A DNA stretch of 64,000 nt from Zygnema circumcarinatum SAG 698-1b (lineage: Eukaryota; Plantae; Zygnematophyceae), in contig CM074818.1 in the NCBI GenBank assembly GCA_037447605.1, positions 1,500,617 to 1,564,616 on the forward strand, written 5' to 3'. Position 1 is the stretch's first letter; the number at the start of each line of letters is the position of its first letter. The notes beneath the pieces are model-generated. The model was given only the letters and a program-made list of their open reading frames with translations, did not search any database and was not told where the DNA came from. This document shows, one piece after another, positions 13,215-25,800 of this stretch. The position numbers and the translations under genes are program-made.

Positions 13215-13570
13215 CCGGAGAGTCGAAGCCGTGGCGGCGGCGCGAATATATTAACCTATGCAGAGGGAGGGCCGCAGAGGGGCCGGCGCGGGCAAGGCTC
13301 TGTGTCGGTGCCGTACAGTTTGAATGGCAGGGAAACTGCGGGATAGCTGGATCCACTGGAGTTCATTTGAAAGTAGACTCCAGGAAGATTCGTTTCGCAT
13401 GACGTGGCGACAGGCACAAGGACATGTTCATACCGTACGGTCGAACATGTCCTCGTCGCACGGCCTCTAGAGCCGCGTTGTTGTTGTTGTTGTTGTTGTT
13501 GTTGGGACCTACAAGCAGCGGTCCACTCATAAGCTTTTTCTTTCGCCCCCAGGTCATTTTTGACCGGTTG

Positions 13571-13633
13571 GTTCCTCGTGGTTCCCCGTGTTGTTGTTTA
13601 TATGATGGCATCGCCATCGTGAGGTCAATGCCA
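13571..13633 (-). repeat. Dispersed ~75-bp motif, copy 2 (hairpin GATGGC-GAT-GCCATC; 9-nt internal deletion)
   Basis: Reverse complement reads GGCATTGACCTCACGATGGCGATGCCATCATATAAACAACAACACGGGGAACCACGAGGAAC. Confidence 0.78.
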
Positions 13634-15919
13634 AATTGCCAATCTCTCTTTTATCAAGCCATCAATACTATTCTACAATGCGTGATGTTGTTGAAAAAAT
13701 TAGAATATGAATGCCAATCCACTTTTTTGATTACATCAGTAAAAACATTTAATTTCACATGGAACATAAAAATCAGTAAGTTCTTGAACGATTTTTCAAA
13801 AACTGAAATTAGGATTCTTGTCATGTATTTGTGAAACCCCGTGAAGCTTGGCGCTCTACACTTGAATCACAGTGTCAACGGTAAACATTCTTCACGTTTT
13901 GCATTCTCTTGTTGTGCAGTTGTGCCCTATGCCGGTGGTAGGGGTCAGGGCCGCGACTGCCACTTCCAACATGTCCCGGGTCAGGGCCTGGCACGATGTA
14001 CTTTTTAGAGGTACAGTACCAGATGTTATCGGCGGTACCAAACGGTGTTGAATGGCGGCGGTACCAGATAGTTGTGCTACCATGCGTGGTGTTCACACAC
14101 ACCCTCGTGAACCATCCATCGCGCGTTCACAACATGTGAGCAACTGCTAGGCGGCAAGTACAAGTTCAAGGGAAGCTTGGTGAAGCTGCACGTCAAACGG
14201 CATCAACAACATCGACATTCCCACAACAGTTGAGGATCAAGACGCGGAGTCCACCAGGGAGTGAAGATCCACCGAGAATAATAACATCTACAGTATCGCT
14301 GCGCACAACTCCGATCGCGCGACCAGCTGGCGACACGTGTCCCATCCCATAGATCTACTGTACTTCCCTTCACACTCCACTCCTAAATCTCCGCCGTCGA
14401 TCTCCACCATCCGCCCATCACGCCCATTGATCTCTCTCCCTCACTCTAGTTACTGGTACCAACTTCCCAAACCTTCTCCCCTGCCTATCTGCTGTTGGCT
14501 TGGGTACAAACAAGCGTGTGCATCTATCTATCAACGGCCAGGATCTCGCCGTTGGCGGACTCGGCTGGGGGGACCCGGGGGGCCCGCCGCGGGCGGCCCG
14601 CGCCTCCCGGCCGCCCCGCCCCGCCCCGCGCCGCGCCACGAATTGCCGCAAAACGGTCTCGTCTCGTCGCGTCGCGTCGCATCTCGTCGCGGGGCGCCTC
14701 TTGCGGATGCGATCGGATGCGCTCACTCTGTGGTCGCTGCGCCGCGCGCTCATTGGGTCCACAATTCCCGCGCACCAATCGGATCTCTCCTTTGCGCCAC
14801 GTGTCCACGGAGGTACGCCGCGCCAGGTGTGCGCGCGAGGCTCGCGAGAGATCGGACAACTTCCTTTGGTGCGGTACAAACAAATCGACACGTGCGGAGT
14901 CTACGGACATCGCCTGGGGGAATTTTCTAGTTGTTCACAATTTTGCCGGGTAAATTGAACGGGAGACTTTGGGAATGAATTAGTTTGGCTTTGAACTTTT
15001 GGACTTGCACTGCTACTGTTCCAAGGGTTCATTCACAACCACGCGTGGGATTCACCATGTTGCGAAATGCCAATTGCCAACCCGCCACGATCTGCCGTCC
15101 AATGCATCTCCAACGGCTGGCATAAGACGCCATGGCAACTGGGCTGAACTCTGCTTCCAAGCTCAACGACAACACGGTTGAAGAAGCAGCCGCGAATGTC
15201 GTCGATGGAGGGAGCTCGAGCCGAGGCGGTTCCCAACACCCCGAAGGTGGCGCGTCGGTCCAAGAAGCGGCGCGCCGAGGCCGTCCGTCAGTCTTCATTT
15301 CTGCATGGTAATTTTCGTCCCGACCTTTTCCCTTTGTTTGTCCAAAGGCCTCGGCATGTACGGTCCTCGTACGGCCGGCAGGCGGCACCACTTGCCTTGT
15401 ACGGCGAGGCGCCATCCATCCCGCGCCCCCGCGCCCCCGCGCCCCTCCCCGGGCATTTATTATTTATTAATTTACAGTGAACATGGCCGCCCCCAAACGT
15501 TTCGTTCGGTGAGGCCGCGCTGCCCGCTTCACGGACAACGTGCAAATTAAAAAAATAAGAACCCAAGAATTGAAGCCATCGGGCTAAGAATGTAGAATGT
15601 CCCGCCCTCCCCTCGGCTGACTTTTGTGAAGTGCCGCTCGTTAAAAAGGCGGCCGCAAAACGTTCACCCCGCTGTGGCCGGTCGGTCGGTCGGTCGGTCG
15701 GTCGGTCGGGCCGCCTCGTATTTATTTATGAGTGGCGCACCGCCCGCCTTGAAGCCCCAATCTGGATGGGTCCCTTACCGCTTGTACGGCCTGCTGTAAC
15801 CCTAACCGGCCGTACCGTACGAACCGTACAGTGCGTACCGACATGGTAAGGACTAGGGAGAGGGGCGGCAGTCGTCGGTCAGTAGGGGAAGGGAAGGGAA
15901 AGGAAACCCTAATTTCTGT

Positions 15920-17876
15920 ATGCGGGCGAAAATGGGAGGGCAGGAGGGGGAGGCCGCCATGGACGAGAAGGTAGGAAGGGCGTCGTCGACATGGCCGCGC
16001 AGAGAGGCCAGTCAGAGCAGGCCTGCGAGGGAGTCGAGGAGAAGGACTGAGAGTTCGGAGAAGGTGGGAGCGATGTACACGGAGGCGGGAAAGCGCGTGA
16101 GCAGCAACGGGCAGGAGTGGGGGGAGAGCCATGGGAAGGAGAGAGTGAGATGCAACGGCCATACGAAAGGGGATAATCAGGAGGACCCCTGGGATGTGGC
16201 TCTAAGGAGGATGGAGCATGGCAGCCGCTTGATGCTGGCGGAGGATGGATTGGAGGCCATGACAACTGAAGAGGCCTTCCTTTTCATGTCCAGCTATGCC
16301 TGCAACCTTACCTTGGAGGAGCAGAAAGTAAGAGCATGGGATGACCAAGGTGCCATGCGTAACCTAATCGTTACCTTTGCGCTGACAACTGGCAATGGTA
16401 AAGCAGAGGATGTGGAGGCCTGCGGGGCTGTGGACGCTTTTGGTGGCCCGAATTTGCATGCTCCAGAAGTTCTATGGCCGTCTGCTCACGGCAGTGCAAC
16501 CCGGGGAGCGGACATGGTGGCCACAAGCTCAGACGAGCTGCAACTGAACAAGCTTGTGATGCTTCACAAGAAGAGCCGGACAAGGAGGAAGAGCCGGGTA
16601 GTCGCGTGCGGCGCAGGCTTGCAGTCATGCGGATCCGGTATGTCTGAGAGCTACAGGTGCTGCAGGGTTCTCGTTGCATTTCCCACAGCGTGATGCACAT
16701 TTTAGGTTTAGAACACTTTACCGTTCATAGGTAGTGTATGCCTTTTTGTTAGGCTTTAAGTTTCGACTGATTTGGCAGGTGGATCTTTCGGATGAGTAGT
16801 TGTATCCTTTATATAACTTGGTTTTACAGCGATGGTAGGCCTGTTGTGCTGGCTAGTGAGTACAAACGGCACAGGTGTTAAACTGGAAAGAGAAGGATGC
16901 GGAGATATGGACTGAGCAACTCTGTTTGTTACTTTCTCCTCGAAAAGGCAACAACAGCAGTCATGGCAGGTTTATAGCTCCTGACAGACTGACTCAGTAA
17001 TCTGTACAGTTTTGCAAGCTGCTGGTCTTGGGCCGCGTTCACTTTATTCCATCCAGCCTTTTGCGAGAATCTTCCAGCTGCTGGCTGCTTCGCTATTCAT
17101 TATAGAGAGCCTCAAGTTGCAAATTGTTGTTTTATGCAGTACTTGAACGGTACAAAAGCGGCTGTGTCTCGAGTATATTAGTATATTATATTCTCTATTA
17201 GTAGATTGTTAGCTGTAGTACTCTTGGTTTTAAAACTTCAACCATAGGGGCTGTTGCTGAAAGGAGGAACACCTCTAGGAAGTGCCCTGCCCTACTCACA
17301 CCAATACACGAAACTTGTGCGCTCCCAAAGTGACACATTACCGTCTGTCATCCTATTTTGGCAGGTATAAGGATCTTCCCGCCTGGCTCGTTTGCATGTG
17401 ACTCCGGCAAACCTCTCCTCCCCTCTCCAGCACAAACTCCTCTAGTGATTCCTGCACCTCGTTTGGGAACAGCCAACGGGGGATTGAAAACCCTTGATTC
17501 TTCTCGCGGACTTAAGCATTCTTCTTCTACTGCTGCTGCTTCTTCTGAACAGCACGGATATGTAGACTCGAGCGCAAGGTTTGGATTGAGCAAACCGCCC
17601 GCACCTCAGGGGCATCGGAGGGCGCATTCAGGGGGAGCGGGGCAGGGAGCTACTTGGTCCGGTAGCAGTGCAGTACCATTAGGGAGTGGGTCCCTAGTGT
17701 CAGGTAGGCCTGGGAGCAGTGTTGCAGTGCAGGGAGGGAGTGGATCACAAGCGTCCGTCTCTGGGCCGGAAGTGTATGGAAACGGTAGGAATCACAGCAA
17801 GACGAGCCATGGGAGGATACATGGGCTACATAAGCGGAGTAGCTCGAGAGAATCTGCGAAGGGGCTTGACCATTAA
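15920..17876 (+). CDS. Probable 2-exon gene of unknown function, ~409 aa, largely low-complexity/disordered
   Basis: The ORF at 15920 has a strong phase-1 donor (TCC G|gtatgt, exon ends 16637) that joins a phase-1 acceptor (ttttggcag|GT, 17365) in frame with the 172-aa S/G-rich ORF ending at 17876. A telo-box lies just upstream. No recognisable domain. Confidence 0.45.
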
Positions 17877-19379
17877 GAGTGGAGAAAAGCTTTTTTGTGG
17901 AGTGAGATGACGTCCGGCCATGCAGCGCTTTATAGGGTAGGGGAGGGGGGACTTTGCGCGGAGGTAGCTGCTGCTTTCGCGCTTTAGCTGAAAGTGCACA
18001 CGGGTAGTAGTGTGAGCCTGCCATGACTTCATGTTTTCCTTGTTCTTTGGAACCATGGGATGATGGAGGCATCAGCAGGAGGCCTGTCTATGTCTCAGAG
18101 ACTCTGCGCTTCGTACAATTCCAAGCCGGAATTGTCGCTCCTGTTAGTTTTGTCGTAGGATGTCATTTCCTGAAGACATGGGCCTTTTGTTGATGCAACG
18201 ACAGCTTACAACCTACTTGCTTGGATGTCTTCGATTGCTCAGCGAGGTGCTGCTTAGTAGAGTTTGGCTTAGAGCATTCTTAGCAAAGCTGCTCTGAAGC
18301 CGTTCCTTTGTGCCTGCGTTACTTCAGCAGCCTTGGCTATTTTTTCGAGGCAAGGAAGGTCCCTGGAAGCAGAGAGGTAGATGAGCTGTATAGCTGTAAA
18401 TAGTCGGTACAGTTCCGGCCATTCACTTGGTGCATAGCTTCAGCTGGGGATTCTGGCTTCTCCAGAAAAGGCGAGGCTGCACCAGGAATAAGCTTATCTG
18501 AAAATATTACAAAACTATAAAGTAGGCTTTACTGTGAACTTTGCTCTTGCTTGGCTTAGGAGATTCTGGAGACTGCTGAGCGCTGCGGAATCTTGTATAA
18601 AGAAAGACAAGCATGTCTCTAGCTATACGTGGGAATCGTTTTCTATTGCAATGGAGCATATTCTATGATGCTTATTCTTAGGCTTCCACTATGATGTTTA
18701 CGCACATGGAGCTATCGGCAGCTTGCAGATTCAGCTCCACATGCTTGTTGAAGGACCTTTTCATGAGATTTTAAAATAAAGGCACAAACTGAACTCATGC
18801 AGTACTGCACAAACATGTATAAACACTTCACATGTTGCGCATCGGAGTTCCTAAATTTCCAAGAACAAAAAGTTCTAAAAGTTCCAAAAGTTCCAAAAGT
18901 TCTATGGTATACTCGATCACAAGTGAACACAAACCGTTGTTTCCGACGGGACCAGTTCGGAACAGAACTGGAACTGTTCTTTTCCCATGGAACTATCTCC
19001 CCCCGCCGAAAGAGCGAGCCTCCGATGGGCTCCCATTGGTCCAGCTGGACGCGCCCTGCCACGTGGCGACTTTTAGCGCTCCTGGCAGCCATAAGGACGA
19101 CAGCGTCCGTACCGGCAGCCATGGCTGTGCAAGGCGATGCTTTCAAGCTGAGCCCAGCTGCCGGGGCCATGGCGGTGCCTCTCTCTGCCTGCCCTTGAGC
19201 TTTGCTGGCAGGGCTCTGCAATACTGAACAACGACGGGAGGGAGGGAAGTATGGCCAGAAAGAGCCTCTGACAGCTGGAAACGATTACCAGACTCCATGT
19301 TAGGGTTTTTGGGGTTTCAAGGTGTCTGGCGGAGGCATTGAATCAAAGGTTGCGCTCGTAAGGAGGGCCGTGTGCAGCC

Positions 19380-19849
19380 ATGGCTGCAGCTGGTCCTCCT
19401 CCTCAAGGGACTTCGCGCTTGGACCGCCTTCTTACCTTAGTTGACAGTATCCTTGGAGCTTCTGTAGTTCACTTATGCCGGTGGAATCCCTGCAGAGGCT
19501 GCACCACATTATTGCTGCTGGCAATTTGGCGGTCGTCTGCTGCGTTACACGCTTTTGCTTATGCCGCTCCTGAAAAATGGTTTGTACTGAAGATAAAGGC
19601 TAGCATGATACATGTTTGTAGCATTATAGTCTAGAAATGCTAATACTATAAGCTTCTACTTCTTGTGAAACCATGTCACTTCAGAAGTTGCCTTGACAGA
19701 CACGCAGCCGGTTCCACTGCGGCCATTCGCAGAACTGCAGCTCGGCAGATAGGCGACATTGCTAAGCTTCACCCTGGAGATCTTCAATCTCTTCTTCGCA
19801 AGGTAGGCCGTTTCTGCCTTCCCCCCCACTCCCCACTCCNNNNNNNNNN

Positions 19850-19889
<40 letters not shown>

Positions 19890-22800
19890 ATGCTAGTGTC
19901 GAAGCTCTGAAGAAACACTGAAGGCGGCATTTCGTACTCGGTTCTTTCCGTCCACAGGTTCAACCTCTGTTGCGAAGTAAAGTATGGGAAACAAGAGTTG
20001 CTGCGGCTCAAGCGATAGGGGCAATGGCTGAAGGAGTTAAGCACGCTTCAGTAGACAAGCTCGCAAAAGTTGCCAGCGCCGCTGTGGCATCAGCTGGAGT
20101 GCCAGTGCCTCAATCTGAAATCCTTCGACCTGTTGAAGCCTCTACAGCGACTCAGGAGGGCGGCCAGTCACACTCCCTTACTTTCCATAGGCATGACCTT
20201 AATCCTTGGAAGCATCATCCTGGGGGTTTCAAATCAGTGGAGGGCCAGCTAAATGCTTGAGAGATTTCAGGGATGAAAGGTCTAGGGAGAGAACATTCCA
20301 TGAGCTTGAAAGGGACTACAACAGTCCTCTCGGACACGAAGAATACAGAAGCATGTGGAGTAATTTATTTGGGACCAACCAACCATTTTTTTCCGGTCAA
20401 AAACAAATTTTGTGCATGTGCATCGGTGCTTGCAGGTTTGATATGATAAGGGTGCTTGAAAATGGGGCCCTTCTGCTTGCGTCAGGTGGCCAGGTGACTC
20501 GCTTGTGCTCTTTGAAAGTTGTGATTTCGTAGCTTTTCGGTTTTCAAAGTTTCTGGGGAACAGATGTTCGTGACAGTTGCAGAGCATTGCAAAGTACGAC
20601 TTCGGTTTCACGAGGTTTTTCTTTGGTATTGTTGTACTGTTCTTGGACTCCCTTCCATTTGATTCAGGAATATGATGTAGTGGAAGATTTAGCCAAGGGC
20701 CCGAAGGACCGTGTAGCTCGTCAGCGGCAAAATCTGCAACGCCGTTTAGGTGAGTCGTTTTATCAAAAATATCCATGCAGAAAGTGGTGTTATAGTAGTC
20801 GTTTCTCCATTTATGAAGCTTAGGTGCGTTCGTTTCTCGAAGAGAATTTCAGCAACTTATCATCTAGATGTACATGATACAAGTTTGGTGCTCTTTGCAG
20901 GCTTGGACGGCTGCGAGCAATTTTTGGACACTCAGGACATGATTTGTGATGAGGACTTGCTTGCACCCGGAGGCCTTCCTAGCACTAGTAATGGCAAAGG
21001 TCCTGGACAGTCATCTGAAATTCTCTCCTCAAAACAGGGAGCACAGGAGTTAGTGGCTCAGATGATGCCAAACAGCTTCCAACGCAGTTTAAGTGCACGA
21101 GAACGCAACCTTCTTAAGCGAAAGGCTCGCTCTACTAGTAAAGGTCCGTCGTGGCGGAATAGGGAGATTACCTCAGATGAAGCACCATCAAAGCGAGCGA
21201 AGCCTTCTACAGGAGACGCGAATGGGCAAGTTTCAGGTGGAGATCAGGTATCGTATTCAAACCAGTGGCATGGTGTTATTTCTGCTCCCACTCTTACTGC
21301 CAGACATCTCTCGTTTGGGGATTGTAATCGTAACTTGGTTGATGTGGTGTTGTATGGTTTAGTATTCTTGACAATTCACTACTGCAATAGAAAGGTATAG
21401 CCGTCTATTACTTCCAGCTGGTCTTGGACGTTTGAATGCGACCTCAACAGTTTGGCTGGAAGTGTGGATCAATGAGCACACCATTTGACCAGTCGACTGC
21501 ATCTCCTGAACTAGAGTAGCCCAACTCGGACCATTTGATTACTTCATTATCCATTGTGATATCATAAACTGAAGCAGCTCTTGCCTCCATGATGAACGCC
21601 ACAGGAGTTGTACCTCATAGTTTGACTGTCCCGAGTAGCTTGAACAATATCCTCCTTTGACGACTTCGTTCGCCCTTGATTCCTATTTTGACCTTTTATG
21701 CTAATCATCAGATCAGAAGACCATTCAGACTGTATGATAAAATCCACACATGTGGAATGCAGATTGTGTCAGCAACAATGGAACCTATTATAGTGCAGAA
21801 ACAAAACCCATTTTTGGTCGATTTTCCGCTTGAGATTGTGCTGTCACTGTTCATTTCTTGCATGCTCTAAGCTTTTTTCACATGTGAGAGTGGTGAGTCA
21901 TTGCTGTTGGACTCAGGAGAGATGTTGACCGGCGGGTAGTGCAGGGGCGGGCAGGTGGACGAGGGGGATGGGTTGGACGAGTCTATGGAGAGTGCTGCTT
22001 CACCGGCTGATGAAGGCCGGTGGCCGTTCGACACTATATCAGAGGAGCTTCTTCTGGATGTTTTCGACCCTGGTACATGTGGTTTTTTCTCTTCTTTTTG
22101 TGTATGTTCGAGTTAGATACTGAATACTTGATCGTCGTTCATCACAGAAAGTTTCAGGTCACCCTCTGAACTATACTAAAAAACGTAGTCATCGCTAAAA
22201 AGCCCTAACTCATAGAAACGGAAGCGCTATAGAAGTACTACGCATACGCAATCTAATGGGAGCAGCTACGATTAGCCATTCCATGGCCTTCTCGTCCGCA
22301 CTGCTAATCTTGGCATCATAAGGCTCATCGTTTTATTGCCTTGTTTTCTTAATTGCCTTCTTTGATGATGCAGTATGGGAGGTACGACATGGCGCAATGA
22401 TGGCCCTGAGGGAGATTTTGAGTAGCCAGGCAGCAAGTGCTGGGATTGTTGCCCCCGTTCCTTCTGGAGAGTTCGTTTACGATCAGACTCAGAAGGATTT
22501 GGACGATGATCAAAGAGGGGATTTGGATAGTCTCCAAGAGGATGATATCCGAGGGCTCGTTAAAGGCAGTCCTGCATGGGAAGCAGTGGAGACTGCACGG
22601 CAGGCACAAGCAGCAAATTTGCAGTTCCAACAGGACTGTGCAGTTCGCTTGCTTTGCATTTTTGCTCTTGACAGGTAAACAACAGTGTTTCCACATGGCA
22701 ACCTTTCCTATTAGCGAGGTGGATTGTCCGTCTGCTCTGTCTACTGTATTTGTGGCAAGAAGGATAAGTGATGATGTTTTATTTTTGAATAAGACATGCA

Positions 22801-25800
22801 GATTTGGAGACTATGTGTCAGATCAGGTTGTGGCCCCCATTCGAGAAACGTGCGCGCAGGCACTTGGAGCTCTGGCGAAAGTTATGCCTTTGCCATTCCT
22901 CCGGCACACCTTTTCAGTGCTTTTACAAATGCAGGTAAGTTTTAACAAATCTTGAAGGGGCCCACTGATGTTCACTTAACTAAGTCGCAGTTGTGGAAAC
23001 TATTGTCCATGGCTTTTTCTTGGACTATTTGCAGGCCTTTTTAGCAGCTGAATTGGGATAATGGCGAATTGGGACAGGATCGGCCAGAATGGGAGGTCCG
23101 CCATGGCTGCCTTTTGGGTATCAAATATATTGTGGCTGTGCGACAGGTGAATAGAAGAAAATCACTCTCCTAAAGCGAGCATGCCAAGTTTCGGCCATAC
23201 AGTAGCAATAACCCGCTGATTTCTGGTTAGAAACTGGCCTCAGTATGGTTCTGTTGTGTCATTTTCGTTCTGTTGCCGGAATGTGTTTCGCCTGCATTAA
23301 TCTTGCAAGTGGAGAAGTATTAAGACTCCTGTCAGAGTGATCTGGTAGCACTTGTCTTTACTCATGTGTAAGGTTCCAATGAATACATTGCTCCATGAAA
23401 TATAGCAGAGCTCTGTTTCCCTGAGCAGGAAAACCTCCTTTTCCTTCAGCCCAGTTGAATCAGTCCTGTATACTGGTCCCTTGCGCTACCGTAGTACTGT
23501 CTTTTGCCTCGATTGATATAGAAGGTGTTTGGGTGGAGGGGTGCTTACTTAACAGGAATTGGTTGAAGATCTCTTGGCTCAGATACTGCCGGCCTGCATG
23601 CAAGGCCTTCAAGACCCGGATGATGATGTTAGAGCAGTGGCAGCAGAAGCCCTCATGCCGGCAGCTTCTGCTATAAGCAAGTGTAGCGGCCGGAGGTTGC
23701 TTGCCCTAATATGTCGACTGTGGGATATTCTACTAGACTTGGATGACCTAAGCCCGTCAACCAGCAGGTGTGGGCCCTCTTCACAAGCCGTACATTCTCT
23801 ATGTTGCATCATCATCATGTCTCTCTCTCACTCAACTTGTCATGATTAGCTTCATATGCGACACGGTAGAACCTATAATAAAGTTAACCCACGTACTGTG
23901 AGCGGACCCCGCATTTTCTGGGAGGAACGAAATTGAAAACGCTGAAAAGCTGAAGTAGTTTTCCGTACGGTAGGAAATGCTGCTGTTATTGGGCCATCGA
24001 CATTCCACGCAAGTTACAGGCTTGGCACGCCTCTGGGGCACGTTCTCCATGCTGGTGTGTTACTGAGTTTGCATGCTTAGTTCAGACAACAGGCAGATAC
24101 GGGCGTAAACCGCACGAGCGAGCCTGTATAAGTAACTGCATGCAGTCACAAATTTCTCAGAGTGACGGTCCTAATGCATTCACTCTATACACTCTCACTC
24201 TTTACTCTACTGTAAAAGGGGTACTCTTGTAACAACATTGTTCCTCTTCTTGGAACTCCTGTCAAATACTGTTCTTTGGCCATTTGCTCCTTGTATCCAA
24301 GCTTGTGTGGTGAGGAGTAGGACCTTACTATGTGGAAAGCGTTCACGGTCCCGGATTAAGTTAATTGAATGTCTTTGTGCGTTCTGTTTGTTTTCTTTCG
24401 TAAATAGGAGTAAATGTTTTTTTTTTGAGGGGGGAGCAGTGTAATGAATTTACTAGCTGAACTATATGGACAACGGAGAGTCTCTCAGCTGAGCTGTGAA
24501 ATTGCGACATCACTAGGTGGTCAACCGGCTCTTGACATCGATCTTAACTATTCTGTGGAGGACCCAAACCTCCCAGACGAAGGCTTGCCCCCTCTTGGAG
24601 AGTTGGCTCCACGACTTTGGCCTCTCATGCGGCACAACATAGGAGCTGTTCGCCATGCAGCTGTCCGAACACTGGTGAGATATAAGAGTGAAACAGTTAG
24701 GCGGAGCAATTTTAGATCCAACCCTGACGTATAGCTCACTCACTGCTATAAGGGGTTAATGCTCAGTTTTGAGGTTGTATGGCAGGAGAGGCTTTTGGGA
24801 GCAGGAGAGACTGAAGCAGAGGTTGGGGCTCCATGGGTCGGACCCATTGTTGAAGAGGCGCTGCGATTAGTTCTACAGAATATGGTGCTTGAAGGAAGCG
24901 AAGCAGTACTGGGGTCTTCAAAACGTGTGTGGAGGCTTCTTTTGAAGGTAGTATGACCCGCACTTACTGGGCCCACCTGTGCGTTAGACACTTTCTTTTT
25001 GTCTAAGGATTGATTTGCCTTGAAGATAAGTTTAGGGGAGAGCAGAACATGAATTGACAGTTCTTTGCAGTCCTCTTCATGGGTTTGGCCACTTGTCAAC
25101 CGGTTATTATACGTTGAGATTGGGCTCTTTTATGGATTCTGCCACCATCTACTACCCATTTCCTGACGTGATGAAACGCATGAATCTGCTCTACGATCGT
25201 ACTTAGCAATTTTTCTCCCATTTGGTTGCCCGCAGAGTGCAGGCAGTCAGCTTGTGATGGCGTCCGGCCCTCATCTACCATCTTGGCTGAAGTTAGCAGC
25301 CACTCCTTCAGGAGCAGCTGTTGATTCCTCCCTTCTCCTACAACCTGGGCAAGCCAATTCTGGAATGGCAGGAAAACCGGTAGCAAACCGAAAGCAGCGG
25401 AGGAAAGCAAGTGCCGTCTTGGGATCTCTTTCTGAAGCCTCCCTTCCAAGTACTATATCCTCGTCAGGTGGAGAAGGATTTGCAGTCTCTACACGGATAT
25501 CTGTGACAGAGGCTTTGGGGGAATTGGCAGCATGTTGGGGCTCTGAGAACCTGCAGATGCTATGTCATCCAATCATGGGTCTGTTGACTTCTGAAAGTGC
25601 AGTGCAGCGGCAGGTGAGTGAGGTCGCGTGAAGGGGCCAGCCTTCTATATGTACAGGGGAGTAGTTTGCCGTACGTTGTCTTGCAAGCTTGTCAGTGAGC
25701 CGTAATCTGGAACTGTGAACCGAGCCCTCGATAAGGTTTTTTATACATATTTTGCTGTGATTATTCCAATTGATCCCTGCTTGTTGTGTGTCATATCTGC

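Noticed and set aside
14120-14240. BED/C2H2-like peptide TCEQLLGGKYKFKGSLVKLHVKRHQQH
   Set aside because: It has only one Cys, a short frame and no adjacent transposase sequence.
17900-19170. A divergent minus-strand gene starting at the ATG at 19170
   Set aside because: The first exon looks plausible, but every phase-1 acceptor I tested downstream reaches a stop within ~55 codons.
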